The notes below the pieces were generated by a model. It was not told the origin of the DNA and did not search any database. It was given only the letters and a program-made list of their open reading frames with translations. Made by a program: the position numbers and the translations under genes. Source: Eledone cirrhosa (taxonomy: Eukaryota). Taken from it: 64,000 nt of DNA. Within the stretch, counting starts at the first letter, position 1, and every line of letters begins with the position of its first letter. Below, one piece after another: positions 12,123 to 25,323 of this stretch. The stretch is taken from positions 103,974,001 through 104,038,000 of the forward strand of contig OZ024742.1 of assembly GCA_964016885.1 (NCBI GenBank). Reading direction: 5' to 3'.

Positions 12123-15100
12123 ATGAATGTAGGCACCTTAAAGGGTCGCTCTAACGAGGTTGTAGAAATGCTCGAACGTAAGGAGGTCGATGTTTGTTGT
12201 ATAGCGAAATACTAGTGTGTATGAATGTAACAATGCGTATAATATTTAATTAACAATCATGGATATATATAGAACAGTATAGTTGCCATGTCAAAGAAAT
12301 AGATGATAGAATGAAGCAAAGTTAGTAGTTACCGTTTTGATTGCCAGGCAAACGCGGCTGGCAGAAGACGCCTGGCGAAGGCCAGGCGCCGGAAGGGCAA
12401 ATGAGAGAGTGAGAACTTAAAGTTGTTAGTTTTATAGGGTTCTGACCGGAAGTTACAGAAAGGGTTCTACTTCCTGTCTAGATGGTGTTAATCTATTGGG
12501 GTTGTGAGTGTTCAAACCAGGGAGACAACTCCTGCTACAGTTGTATTAAAGAGACCAGGTGGAGGGGTGGGTCTGCTAGATTCATTGAGGGTAAAAAACG
12601 ATGCTATAAGCTTTTCTGGGTGGGAAATGACGATGGGCTGGGTGGAGTAGGAATCATGGTAGCAGAAAAGTGGGCAGATAAGATAATAGACGTAAATAGA
12701 GTGAACGACAGAATAATTAAAATACGACTTGTCCTCAATAGAACTACGGTGACAGTAATATCTGCGTACGCACCCCAATCCGGACTGCCCGGCACTATAA
12801 AAGACAGATTCTATGAGACACTGATGCTCACTACCTCCCAAATAACCGACAGTAACTATATAATTATTGCAGGCGACCTAAATGGTCACGTTGGACAACA
12901 TTGTGACGGCTACGACGAAATCCATGGAGGCTATGGGTTTGGTACTAGAAATGAGGAAGGCTCCAGAATCCTGGAATTCTGTGACGCAAATAACCTAACT
13001 ATCTGTAACACTAACTTCAAAAAACGTGACAATCACCTGATCACCTATAGACCGGGGGAACACACAAGCCAGGTAGATTATATCCTTACCAGAAGACGTG
13101 ACAGAGTGTCTGTTGTAAACACTAAATCCCTCCCCCATGAAGAATGCACCTCCCAACATAGACTGATAATTAGCGACCTAATAGTCAGGACGAGACGTAC
13201 TAGACAACAGAAGAGGACTATCCTCAGGAGAAAAATATGGAAGCTAAAGGACCCCACAGCCAGAAATAAATTTAAAAGCATACTACCTGATGCTTTCGAC
13301 AGTAAGGAAGAGCAATTAGAGTCGTACAATATAAAGAAGCAGTGGGAATTCCTGAAAGCAAACCTGCTGATGGCGGCAGACGAAGTCTGTGGCTGGAGCA
13401 GGCCTGTAGGCAGGAGGAGAGTAACATGGTGGTGGAACAGTAAGGTGGAGGGGTCAATTAAGGCCAAAAAGCAGGCTTGGAAAGTATGGCGGGATGGGGG
13501 AAGTAGAGAAGACTATCAAGTGGCCAGGAGGGAAGCTAGGAGACAAGTGTACTTCGCAAGAAGGGAAGCAGAGGAAAGAAAGTTCAAGCATGTTCTACAA
13601 CGCGAGGACCAAAAACGTGAGGTGTTCAGGATTGCTAGGCAATGTGTCAAGGAAAACCGTGATATTGTCGGGGAGAAGTGTGTACTTAATGATGACGGCG
13701 TACTTGCCATCACCGACGCTGATAAGAAGGTAGCTTGGCAGTGTCACTATGAAAGGCTACTAAATGAGGAGAATAAATGGGAGAAAGACAGTCTCCCCCA
13801 CATCGACCCAATAGAGGGACCAGCAGTGTTAGTCGAGAGTAGTATAATAAGTAAGGCAATCAAGGATATGAAGACGGGTAAGGCAGCTGGGCCTTCGGAA
13901 ATAGTTGCTGAGATGCTGAAGGCATCTGGCACGGTGGGACACACCATGGTCACCCGGATAGTTAACCAAGTCGTACAGAATGGGGTTGTTCCGAAGGACT
14001 GGCGTCGCAGCATCATCGTTAACTGTTATAAGGGTAAAGGAGATGCCCTAGATAGGAGGGAGTAACTATAGAGGCATTAAATTAATCGACCAGGTCATGA
14101 AGGTCACGGAAAAAGTAATAGTGCAACTAATCAGAGAGAGAATTGACCTCGATGAAATGCAGTTCGGGTTTGTGTCAGGCAAAAGTACCACAGATGCTCT
14201 TTTCATTGTACGACAACTACAGGAGCAGTACCTAGCTAAAAGTAAACCCCTATACTTAGCTTTTGTCGACTTGGAGAAAGCCTTCGACAGAGTCCCCCGT
14301 TCCATTATCTGGTGGGCTCTTAGAAAACTAGGTGTCGACGAATGGCTTGTGAGAGCTATACAAGCCATGTATAAAGAAACAGTCAGCAAGGTTAGAATTA
14401 ACAACGAATATAGTGAAGAGTTTAACGTAAAAGTTAGCGTCCATCAGGGCTCTGTTCTCAGCCTCCTACTATTTATTATTGCCCTTCAGGCTATAACAGA
14501 GGAGTTCAAGACCGGCTGCCCATGGGAACTCCTATACGCAGATGACCTAACACTCATAGCTGAATCAATGGCCGAGCTAGAGAAGAAATTCCAAACATGG
14601 AAGCACGGCCTAGAATCAAAAGGCCTTAAAATTAACCTGGCTAAGACCAAAGTTCTAGTTTGTAGGAAAGAAAATAAGGTGGCGGTCCCTTCCGGGAAGT
14701 GGCCATGCTCAGTGTGTAGGAAAGGCGTAGGTAGAAACTCCATTTTGTGTCCCAAATGCAAAGTATGGGTGCATAAAAGATGTAGTGGGATCACAGGTAA
14801 GCTAACTAAGAACATAGATTTCACATGTGGCCGGTGCTCTGGTGCAATAAGTAGCAGCAAGTGCCCACAAAATACTAGCTCTTTCAACTGCGCAGAGGGC
14901 TCTATAGAAATAGTGGACAGCTTCCGTTACCTGGGTGACAAAATCAGCAGTGGGGGAGGGTGCTCTGAAAGTACAGTAGCTAGAGTCAGAACTGGATGGA
15001 AAAAGTTCAGAGAGCTTATACCACTATTAGCCGCTAAAGGGTTCTCCCTAAAAATGAAAGGCAGGTTGTATGATGCCTGCATACGAACAGCAATGTTGCA

Positions 15101-15491
15101 TGGCAGTGAGACCTGGGCATTGTGTGCAGAGGATATACGCAGACTAGAGAGGAACGAAGCTTGCATGCTCCGCTGGATGTGTAATAGTAATATACGTGAA
15201 CGGCAAAGCATAAACGAACTAAGGAAAAAATTAGAAATAAGAGGGATCAGATGTTGTTTACTCGAGAGAAGGCTACGTTGGTATGGACACGTGATGCGCA
15301 TGAAAGACGATAGCTGTATAACAAAGTGCAGGGCAATAAAGATAGACGGTAGCCACGGAATAGGCAGACCCAGAAAAACCTGGGACGAGCTGATAAATTC
15401 CGACCTCACACACTTACACCTCTCCAAGACAATGTCACTGGACCGAGACCTTTGGCGGTACTCAGTAATAGAGAAGACCCACCTTACCTAA
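12123..15491 (+). pseudogene. RTE polyprotein pseudogene (LTR insertion at 12200-12539, frameshift near 14060)
   Basis: Removing the LTR restores DVCCIKET. A ~4-bp insertion before NYRGI splits ORFs 12482-14065 and 14097-15491. Confidence 0.9.
12200..12539 (-). mobile_element. Solo LTR (Gypsy-like) with 4-bp TSD GTTG
   Basis: GTTG at 12196-12199 and 12540-12543; minus strand reads TGTAGCAGG...CGCTATA; similar to 3527-3914. Confidence 0.88.
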
Positions 15492-15863
15492 ATACATAGT
15501 AAAACCTACTACAGTCAGTAGGCATCTCTAACAAAATACACCCCCGTCCCACCACCCCCACCCCATCCACACCGCCCCCTTCTATGTAAAGTTATGTTGG
15601 TGCCACACTATCCAGACCGAAACAAATGAGATCGTGTAGGTGTCACGAGAAAAAAACACACAGTCCACGCTGAAATGTGGCCGTGTAGGCAACACGGTAA
15701 AAACCTCCCAGACCCACACTGTAAATGTGGTTGGTGTTAGGAAGGGCATCCAGCTGTAGAAAACCTGCGAGACAGTCCTATGCGAGCAAGACAATCACTC
15801 TTGCCTCAAGTGGGAAAACCCCCGTCCAAACCCATGCAAGCGTGGAACACGGACGTTAAACGT

Positions 15864-15970
<107 letters not shown>

Positions 15971-16323
15971 GTCTGCGACTTCACAGAACTTATGTTTACC
16001 GAATTCGCAGACCAGACCCCTTCTTCTTCCCCCCGTTAGACCTGTGCGAAATTCCTTCCTTGCTCACAATTCAACCAGGTTTGATGGTCTTTTGTCTCTT
16101 GTTCACGATTACACCGAGTTTATATTCATAGAAATCTGGGACTTGTCTCTTTCTTCTCACTTTCTGTTGCTTAAACCATTTTGTTTGTTCACCCTAACGT
16201 CCCCTTTATTTACGTGTCCCAACGACTTTTTTTAGCCGTTGTTCGCACCAACCTGAGGCATATGGCCCTTAAAGCGATGAAATGCCTGGGACGGTTGGAG
16301 GGTCACTGATTAAGGACTTACTT

Positions 16324-16408
<85 letters not shown>

Positions 16409-16508
16409 CAAATTATAAATGTAAACATGTAAGTATGTTTTTAAAACGGTGCGCGAGTTTGAAAATTAGAAATTAGTCTAAAATACGGTGAAAGCTTATA
16501 ATTTCTAA

Positions 16509-16682
<174 letters not shown>

Positions 16683-16717
16683 TGGCCTCAGCCGGATGGC
16701 TGAAACAGGTAAAAGAG

Positions 16718-16756
<39 letters not shown>

Positions 16757-16759
<3 letters not shown>

Positions 16760-17442
16760 AGAAATATGTATGCAGTAGATGTACAGGAAAATTAGACAGT
16801 AGAAGTCACATTGATAGACACATTTTTCAAATGCAGGTGGGCGCTATAGAAATGGTGGATAGCTTCCGGTACCTAGGAGATCAGATTAGCATGGGACGAG
16901 GGTGTTCCGAGGCCATAGTATCTAGAATAAGGACGGGTTGGAAGAAGTTTAGGGAGCTGCTTCCTCTGTTGACGAAGAAGGGTTTCTCCCTGCGTACGAA
17001 AGGCTGGTTGTATGATGCCTGTGTGAGGAGCGCGATGCTGCATGGTAGTGAGACATGGGCAGCAACTGCAGAAGATATGCGACGGCTGGAGAGAAATGAG
17101 GCAAGCATGCTCCGTTGGATGTGCAGTGTAAATGTGCGTGAACGACCCAGCATAAATGTGTTGAGAGAGAAACTGTGTCTGAGAGGGATAGAATGTAGTG
17201 TACGGGAGAGGAGACTGAGGTGGTATGGACATGTGATGCGCATGGGGGATGACCAATGGGTGAAGAAGTGCCAGGAAATGCTAGTTGAAGGAGGTGGTGA
17301 GAACAGACCTCAGATCATTGAAGCTCACGGTGGAGATGACGAAGGACCGTGACGAGTGGAGAGATGCTGTGCTGAATAAGACCCGTCCCACTCTTGCAAG
17401 CAGGGAAAAGCGGACGTAAAATGATGATGATGATGATGATGA

Positions 17443-17446
<4 letters not shown>
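16757..17446 (+). mobile_element. 5'-truncated RTE LINE (second subfamily) within (TA)n
   Basis: [26 protein letters not shown]; (GAT)n tail. Confidence 0.9.
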
Positions 17447-17482
<36 letters not shown>

Positions 17483-17772
17483 TTCAAGAGTAACCAATCT
17501 TAAAGAGAGAGATGGAGATAGGAGAGGAGAGATTGGTGAATAAGTTAGAAGCCAAAGCGTAAAGGCATGTGCTCAATGTGCAATATGCAGTAGAAAGCAG
17601 CTAGGTGGCTGGGTTCATGCAGAAGTTAGGCGCGCAGAGCTGGAAATATTCATTAGTTAAGCAAAACAAGACCACAAATTTCACAAGGAAGACATTATTA
17701 AAATATTGTCAACATATTTTAGTTTGATGTAAGGAATGTAGAGAATAATAATAATAATATTAATAATAATTG

Positions 17773-17953
17773 TTTCTAATTTAGGCACAAGGCCAGCAAT
17801 AACCCAGTGCATTACTGGTACTTTATTTTATCGACCCCGTAAGGATGAAAGGCAAAGTTAACCTCGGCGGGATTTGAACTCAGATCATAAAGGGAGGTAA
17901 CTCTATGCTTCAAAGCATGGCGTCCGACCCTCTACCGATACTGCCAATCCACC
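17773..17953 (-). mobile_element. tRNA-derived SINE (family A)
   Basis: Reverse complement has A-box TGGCAGTATCGG, B-box GAGTTCAAATCC and central CCTTTCATCCTTACGGGGTCGATAAAATAAAGTACCAG; more than a dozen related copies in the window. Confidence 0.85.
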
Positions 17954-18104
17954 AATAATATTAATAATAATAATGTCCGTTTACAATTATTATTAATATT
18001 ATTATTATTATTCTCTACATTCCTTACATCAAACTATGTTGACAATCTTTTAATAATGTCTTCCTTGTGAAATTTGTGGTCTTGTTTTGCTTAACTAATG
18101 AATA

Positions 18105-18147
<43 letters not shown>

Positions 18148-18228
18148 TATAAAGAAAGTGCTGAAGCGTAGACATGCTCTAAAGATAGTTTATAAAATAG
18201 AGTAAAAACCCTTAAAAGATGTTGCCAT

Positions 18229-18300
18229 CGGCTGCAATGAGGAATTGAAACCCCATATTTTTAAGATACCAGCTAGATGCTTTCACCATTAAGCTAAGGA
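18229..18300 (-). other. tRNA-like sequence inside a dispersed repeat
   Basis: Reverse complement has TAGCTTAATGG and GGTTTCAATTCC (A/B boxes); the acceptor stem does not pair. Confidence 0.5.
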
Positions 18301-18699
18301 CAATTCCCTTCCTGTCATTTTAAACTAGATAACTGGTCAACAGCTTTCAGATGTCAGCAGGCAGGCAGACAGACAGAATTACAGACAGACATCCATATGT
18401 AAACATATAGAACTTCTTATACAAAATCTCTGAGGTGTAGATTACTGTAAAAGCATCTTTACCCAGCGCTAAAAAATTATCCTTACTACAGTTTCAAAAT
18501 CCAAAGAAAAACTGATACCCCGTCAATAGAATGATAGAGCCATCGTTAACAGAATGGATATTCTTCAGAGGATATATTCTGTAAAGTATAAGAAAATAAA
18601 AATATATATACCTGCTAATAGAATTGTGTTCATTCTTCATTGAATCTGCGTGGTGTAAGAAATTAATCCTGTCTGTTTATACAAATATTTACCTTATTG

Positions 18700-19720
18700 A
18701 TAGCTCTACGCACTAAGGTGCTGAAAACAAGCCCCATCACATTGGTTGTAAATCTTCAAGTTTGGAATTTGACAAACATCAAGCATATACAAGTAACTCT
18801 TTAAACATAGCTTTATCAATGATTAGAAAAATGTGGACAAAATAAAAGCTTCTGAAATGATGACCCTACTGTTATCATCAAAAAGGTGATGCATTCAAGG
18901 AGTAATTATTTTTGGAAAAAAATTGAAGGTATGCTCACTATATTGGTGGATGATGAAATATAAAACATCTCACTAAATCAACTTATAACTTATAACGAAC
19001 GACCAAGGAGATACTTACAAAGAAATAATTCAGAAGTATTCACATTCAAGCAGAGATTTATTCTAAAGATTCAAACACTGACATAACACTATGTCTAGTG
19101 AAATTACAAGTAAAGACACACAAAGAAATTAAGTGTATCATCAAGCATGGAAACTAGCTTTACTAACATCTATTCAAGGTAGATGAAACAGGTCTTTTCT
19201 GGCAATTTCATCTCCAGAGTGGAAAAAATGTAAGGTTTCTTGTTTCAAGGTTGAAGCAGCCCATTTATACTAATATTTGGCAATAATGTTTCAAGTGCCT
19301 TCAAGCTGAAGCTAGTGTTTGTTTATCATTCAGAAACACCATGACTAATGAGGGATATATCATAAATGCATTGGCCTATGATCTAAAAACAGCTGGGTGA
19401 CAATAAAAATGTTCATATTGTGTTCATACTCTTGTCTAACTGAAAACATTTTGCAAAGAACACAACCTTAGGCATTGTTGACTATTGATAATACTCCAGT
19501 CCAGGCATGTCAAACATGCGGCCCTTTACAAGCTCACCTGTGGCCTGCACAAAGGTTTTTACAGTGCGAGCATGTTTTATCTTCGTAATATAAAATTAAA
19601 ACAATTAGTTGTAATGTGCACAATTAGTTGTCGTGTGTGGCCTGAGACCTCACATATGTGACCCATGTGGCCCTCAGGGGACCCTCAGTTTGACATGCCT
19701 GCTCTAGACCACACCTAGAG
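18700..19720 (+). mobile_element. Tigger/pogo transposase relic
   Basis: IFKVDETGLFW, FKLKLVFVYHSETP, LTIDNTP fragments; boundaries approximate. Confidence 0.8.
19502..19701. mobile_element. hAT MITE inserted in the Tigger relic
   Basis: TIR CAGGCATGTCAAAC / GTTTGACATGCCTG; 8-bp TSD CTCCAGTC / CTCTAGAC. Confidence 0.85.
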
Positions 19721-19974
19721 TATCAACATCCTTCAGACATTGTGAGGTTGTGATTTCAATTAGCAGACTGAGCTATGCATTATGTTCTTGAGCAAGACAC
19801 TTTATTTCACATTGCTCCTTCTGCCTGGATTTGTGATCAACAGATAGTATTAGCAATTGTAAAGACCAATGGAAACATTGCTTCCTCGGTCCGATTTGAT
19901 GAGCTCCACTCCACTCGTTAAGTGAATGGGGTCTGGGATCTTGTCAATCGACTGTCTCTCTCTATATATATATA

Positions 19975-22900
19975 CTAGCAGAAGTACCCGGCGTTGCCCG
20001 GGTGTAAGTCGATCTTTGCTCTGTTGTTAAAATGTGTGAAAGTTACTTCCCGCACATCACAGGTGCAAAAACCTTCGAACCTCAAGGAAAAAAACAGAGC
20101 TTAGTAGACGCAGGTATGTAATTGAGCATAAATAATGGATCAATTGTATATTCACAGTGTATCGTTGAAATTGTTCTTTGCACGACTGACGGAAGTCAAA
20201 TTCACTTGAAATTGAATTTTCAGTTGATTTTTAAAGCAGGGTGAAAACGTCGATTTTTTCAGTTTTTTTTTTTTTACAATTTTCGCGCTCACATCTGCAG
20301 AAGAAGAAATAAAAGGGACTTTATCTGAACCGCGGCATAATAGCGAGTCTTTTGCGACAGTTTTCAAGAAAATCGGACGTTTCTGTAAAAAGTTTTCCCA
20401 TGTGCAACTTTGCCTTGTTTTTTGCGCAAAGTCGAACCCCCGCTTCAGTTTTATTGATTTTTTACATGAATGCGTGACCTCTGAAGTAGATTAGAGTAGC
20501 TAAAAACCTGTCCCGGTAAATTTGCTATAGGTGAAAAAAAGTTGATCAAAATTGTGTCTAGGGTTATTGGCTTTTGCAACAGCCTCAACGTGTCTTCAAG
20601 TATGGTTTGTTAATTTGTTGTGGAACTACATCGACTTTCGTCAAATCGGACCGAGGAAACAATGTTTCCATTTGTCTTTCTAGCTGGTGTACCCGGTTAC
20701 ACTCGGGGTTATAAGGCGCTGGATTTAAACGGGTCTGCGCTAAATTCCAGCAGGATTCTTTAACCGAAATAAATGAAGAACAAACGTTTCTTTTTGTGCT
20801 CCAATCTGTGATATTGGTATTTTGAAAAAATAGTCCACAAACATCCATGGAGCATGTGTAACGCATGTATGAGAAAAAGGGTTTTCGATTCTCCATTCAT
20901 AAGATTCCAAAAAATTGCACGCAAATAAACCGGGATTTTAAGGCACTGCCCAATTCATAGCTGAAAGGTAAGAATCAAGTGGAATAATGTTTTGCGACAT
21001 TGTCAAATGTACAACCGTACAAAAGCAAAGGATATAGCCATTGAAATCTAGGTAGACCAAAGAATTTGGTGGGGTTGTATATCAGAGGATTGTTTTCCTT
21101 GTGATTAGCGTTTAGCCTACAAAGTGAAGTTAGATTATTGTAGTCGGTGTTGTATCAATAAAAAATAAAAGCATACGGAAGACTGAACACTTACGAATTA
21201 AGTGAAAATCACGTTGATATTCCTATCGGAGCAACATGTGCCGAAAAACCTGACGGACTGTTGTGTCAATATTGAAATCGTAGAAATTGCGAATCCCGAC
21301 TTCTAAGATGCCTTGGAGGTCAAGAGGAAGAATTGGTACAATTGTTTTGCTGAACATGTTGACCATTAATTTAAATAGACTTACGCAGCATCATCGTGCG
21401 GTTTTGTTGTTTATCGCCTAGAATGAGGGCCGGTTAAACGCGGCGGAAAAATAAGCCATGCTAATGATGTTTAGGGGCGTCGCAGGGAATAGATGCGGCG
21501 TTGTGAGTCAATTGTGAGGACAGTGGAAGGCACGCTGATCGCTTGAGAAGACGCGATGCTACACAGGATGGTTCTCGGCCATAATTGACAGAAAGGCATT
21601 TCAGGAGAAATGAAAGAGTTGCTATTCATCCTTTGCTTAGCATGATGAACATGTAATTAAAAAGATTTACCATGGACTATCGTGCACGTTGGTATTGTGT
21701 TTAGCCTGCGAAAATCGGTGGTCAAATGGGACAACAATAAGCCATGCTGATGACGTTTAAGCGGGTGGCAAGGAATTGATGCGGCATAGATAGCCATGGG
21801 AGTCTTGAAGGAACACGGCGGTCAGGCAAGAGAAAGGGCAGAGGAGGGGATGGTGGCTGACAGAGCATGGATGCGGCATCCTGAGGCATAACGATGCAGT
21901 GGGACGACGGCCAGCAGGCAAGGAAGAGGGCAAGAGTGGACGGTGGCAAGGATGCCGCATGGTGAGCCATGGCAGTCTTGAAGGAGCACTGCGGGCATGG
22001 AAAAGAAAGGGCCGAGGAGGGGATGGCGGCTGACAGAGCATTGATGCAGCATGGTAATGCATGACGATGCAGTGGGACGACGGCGTGCAGGGAACGGAGA
22101 GGGCAGGGGTTGACGGTGGCAGGGATCCGACTTGGTCCCTCAAGACTGCCATGCCTAGGCAGTGGAAAGTGTCGGGGAGTGAATGGCGGCTGACAGGGCA
22201 GGGATGCAACATGATGAGGCATGACTAAAGGGCAGGGTGCATGGCGGCTGACAGGGCGTAGATGCGGCATGCCAATTGAGTTGCACCTCGGGAATGTAGA
22301 GAGCACCGGGGGGGGGGGGGGGGGTACGATGATTGTTTGAGAAAACCGGGTGCAAGGCAGGATGTCTATCGGCCATACATGATCGGTAAGCTTTGGAGGA
22401 GAAAGGGATGAATTTTTGTTTAATTTTGTTAAATATGGTCAAAATGAATGTAAAAAGACTTACACAGGATCGTCTTCATGTTCGGTGCTCTCTTTGTCTG
22501 AGATAATGGGCGGTTATGTGCGGCGCAGGAATAAACCATGCTGATGACATTTGAAGGGAAGGGAGATGGCCGGGATTGACGGTTGCAGGGATTCCGCATG
22601 GTGAGCCATGGCACTCGTGAAGGACTAAGGCGTGCGGGTAAGGGAGAGGGCAGTGGAGGGTGGCGGCTGACAGAGCACGGATGCGGCATGGTGAGGCATG
22701 ACGATGCAGTGGGACGACGGCGTGCAGGGAAGGGAGAGGGCAGGACTTGATGGTGGCAGGGATGCGGCTTGGTTAGGCATGGAAGTCTTGAAGGAGCACG
22801 GCAGGCAGGCAAAAGAAAGGGCTGAGGAGGGGATGGTGGCCGATAGGGCAGTAATGCGGCATGGTGAGGCATGACGATGCAGTAGGATGACGGCGTGCAG

Positions 22901-23840
22901 GGAAGGGAGAGGGCAAGGGTTGACGGTGGCAGGGATGCGGCTTGGTCAGGTATGGAAGTCTTGAGCTCTCCCGGAGTGTAGGCAATGGAAATGGGCAGGG
23001 GTGGACGGTGGCAGGGATTCGGCATGTTGAGCCGTGGCAGTCCTTAGGGACCACGGAGGGCAGGCAATGGAAAGGGCCGGGGAATGAATTGCAGCTGACA
23101 AGGCAGAGATGCGCATGGTGATGCACAATGATGCAGTGGGTCGGCGGCGTGCAGGGAAGGGAGAGGGCAGGGATTGACGGATGCCTCATTATGCTACGGT
23201 AGTGGGACCACGGGAATGAAGAGAGCGCATGGAGGCTCGATGATCGCTTGAGAAGACTGGGCGCAATACAGGATGATGCGCGGCGGTATTGTCTTGATAG
23301 TCCTTATATAAAAAATGGAAGAATCGGCATAAAAGGTTTGCTGAATATGGTGAGCGTTAATTTAAAGAGACTTACGGTGGATAATCCTGATAGATTGAAC
23401 GTTTTTTGCATGGCGGGAGTCGCGACAAATGGAAGCAAGAAGAATGGCGTTTTTCGGTTGCCGGATTTTTCCCACGTTGATCCCCGCATCAAAATACATA
23501 CCTACGTCAAATTTCATTGGAATCGGACAAATTTCGTAAATATCGAATTTTGCCTCTGGTGTTCCAATTATAGATATCTGTACATTTCGAAACTTTAATG
23601 TAGCCCACGTTCATCCCCGGATCAAAATACACACTTGCGCCGAGTTTCATCGAAATCGGACGATTTTTTAAAATATCGATTTTTGGCTTCTGGGGGCCCG
23701 ATTATCAAGTAGCCTATTCCAATCTACGGGTCGAGTTTTATATATGTGTCAAGTTTCAGGAAAATCGGATGAACGGTGTAGCCTGCAAGTTCGGGACACC
23801 AAACAAACAAACAACGCCCAACTTCACTTTATATATAAGA
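19975..23840 (-). mobile_element. Non-autonomous Helitron (~3.9 kb) with internal GC-rich minisatellite
   Basis: Minus strand starts A|TCTTATATATAAAG and ends with hairpin CCCGGGCAACGCCGGG then CTAG|T. Confidence 0.8.
21730..23200. repeat. GC-rich ~170-bp (about 85-bp subunit) degenerate tandem repeat
   Basis: GCATGACGATGCAGTGGGACGACGG recurs at ~21887, 22059, 22697, 22869, 23125. Confidence 0.85.
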
Positions 23841-24049
23841 TATATATATATATACATACATAACTTTCTTTAGATCAACACCAGCTAATAAATCATGGAA
23901 ACATATTGCTGTTCCATGACATAACTTATGATAGACATTGTATTTTGTAAAGGATGATGTTCTCATGTGCAGAAATGCTATAAAATAGTTTATAAAATAG
24001 AGTGAACCCTTAAAAGACGGAAGAAGATGGCAACTTTTTTTCCGTCTTT

Positions 24050-24257
24050 TAACACTTTAGCATTGAAACCAGCCATATCTGGCCAGAATTTTCTCACCTT
24101 TTTCTGTTAAAACCAACCGTAACTGGCCACTGATACTGATGTTAAGGTATTATTCTCAAAATAAATAATATAAAAATCTCATAGTATCTATATTATGTGA
24201 GGGAAAGCCTTTACCGTGAAAATATGATAGCAAATATAGAGTAATGTAAAGGGTTAA
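24050..24257. mobile_element. TTAA-flanked MITE (piggyBac-like)
   Basis: Same family as 44553-44759, ~52455-52680 and ~59214-59404. Confidence 0.65.
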
Positions 24258-24752
24258 GGGTATTCACCCTATTCTGCAAGCTATTTTATAGCATTTCTGC
24301 ACATGAGCACATTATCCTTTACATTAGTTCTATATTCTCAGTGCTTCAAAGTCCAATCTTTCGGCTACATACATTGATTGTATTTGGTATTTTCTTTTTA
24401 TGTATCAGTAGAATTGTCGGTTATGAAGCAGGAGGGAGGATTGAAGCTGGATTGAGTCAGAAGTTGGGCAGTGATTTGGTCACCATTACCAACCCACTAG
24501 TGTTACAGCTCATGGCTGAAACACCCTATGAATGTTAGACCCTATCTGATGACATCAACTCCTCTTGACTGAGGTTATATTCATCGAAACTGAATGAGTG
24601 TGAGGTATCTTCTTTAAGATATAATTATCTTTATTTCAGGTGTTTAGACAAAAGAAGACCTGGAACAAGACACTCCATATAGCAACTGAAGCAAACCACC
24701 TGTTTTGATGCTCTAGCAATTCTGTTAATTCACCGCCTGAGAACGGTACATT

Positions 24753-24912
24753 CAGTGCTGGATTTAGGACAAATGAGGCGCTGTGCTAGTTATGAGGCCT
24801 CTTACTTGGGCCCTGGAGAAGGTAAACATTTTTTTGGCAGGATGATGGGCCCTCTTGGTCAACAGGGCCCTGTTCTTATGCACACCTAAGCACAATGGTA
24901 AATCCAGCACTG
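24753..24912. mobile_element. hAT MITE
   Basis: TIR CAGTGCTGGATTTA; perfect 8-bp TSD GGTACATT; degenerate relative at ~6915-7040. Confidence 0.9.
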
Positions 24913-25097
24913 GGTACATTATTTCATTGACCCTGAAAGTATGAAAGGCAAAAGGATTTGAACTCAAAGCACATACAGCAGGAACAAATACCACAAAGTA
25001 TTTTCTAGAACACTCTAACAGCTTGGCCAATTGCTTGTGTTGAGGTCTATTCTTCTTAGATTTAATAGTACAAAGTACAACTTACCTGCTGTTATAT

Positions 25098-25103
25098 ATA
25101 CAC

Positions 25104-25183
<80 letters not shown>

Positions 25184-25289
25184 CACATACATACATACAA
25201 ACATACATACATACAAACATACATACATACATACATACATACATACATACATACATACATACATACATACATACATACACACACATTTA

Positions 25290-25323
<34 letters not shown>

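Noticed and set aside
12482-12543. Start of the 527-aa ORF
   Set aside because: The first ~20 codons come from the inserted LTR; this is not a genuine start.
16248-16297. Hairpin CCAACC/GGTTGG plus AGGCAT/ATGCCT as a possible SECIS
   Set aside because: No AUGA/GA quartet with an adequate helix II.
21722-23189. Pro/His/Cys-rich ORFs up to 198 aa
   Set aside because: Products of the GC-rich minisatellite, open in several frames, with no domain signal.
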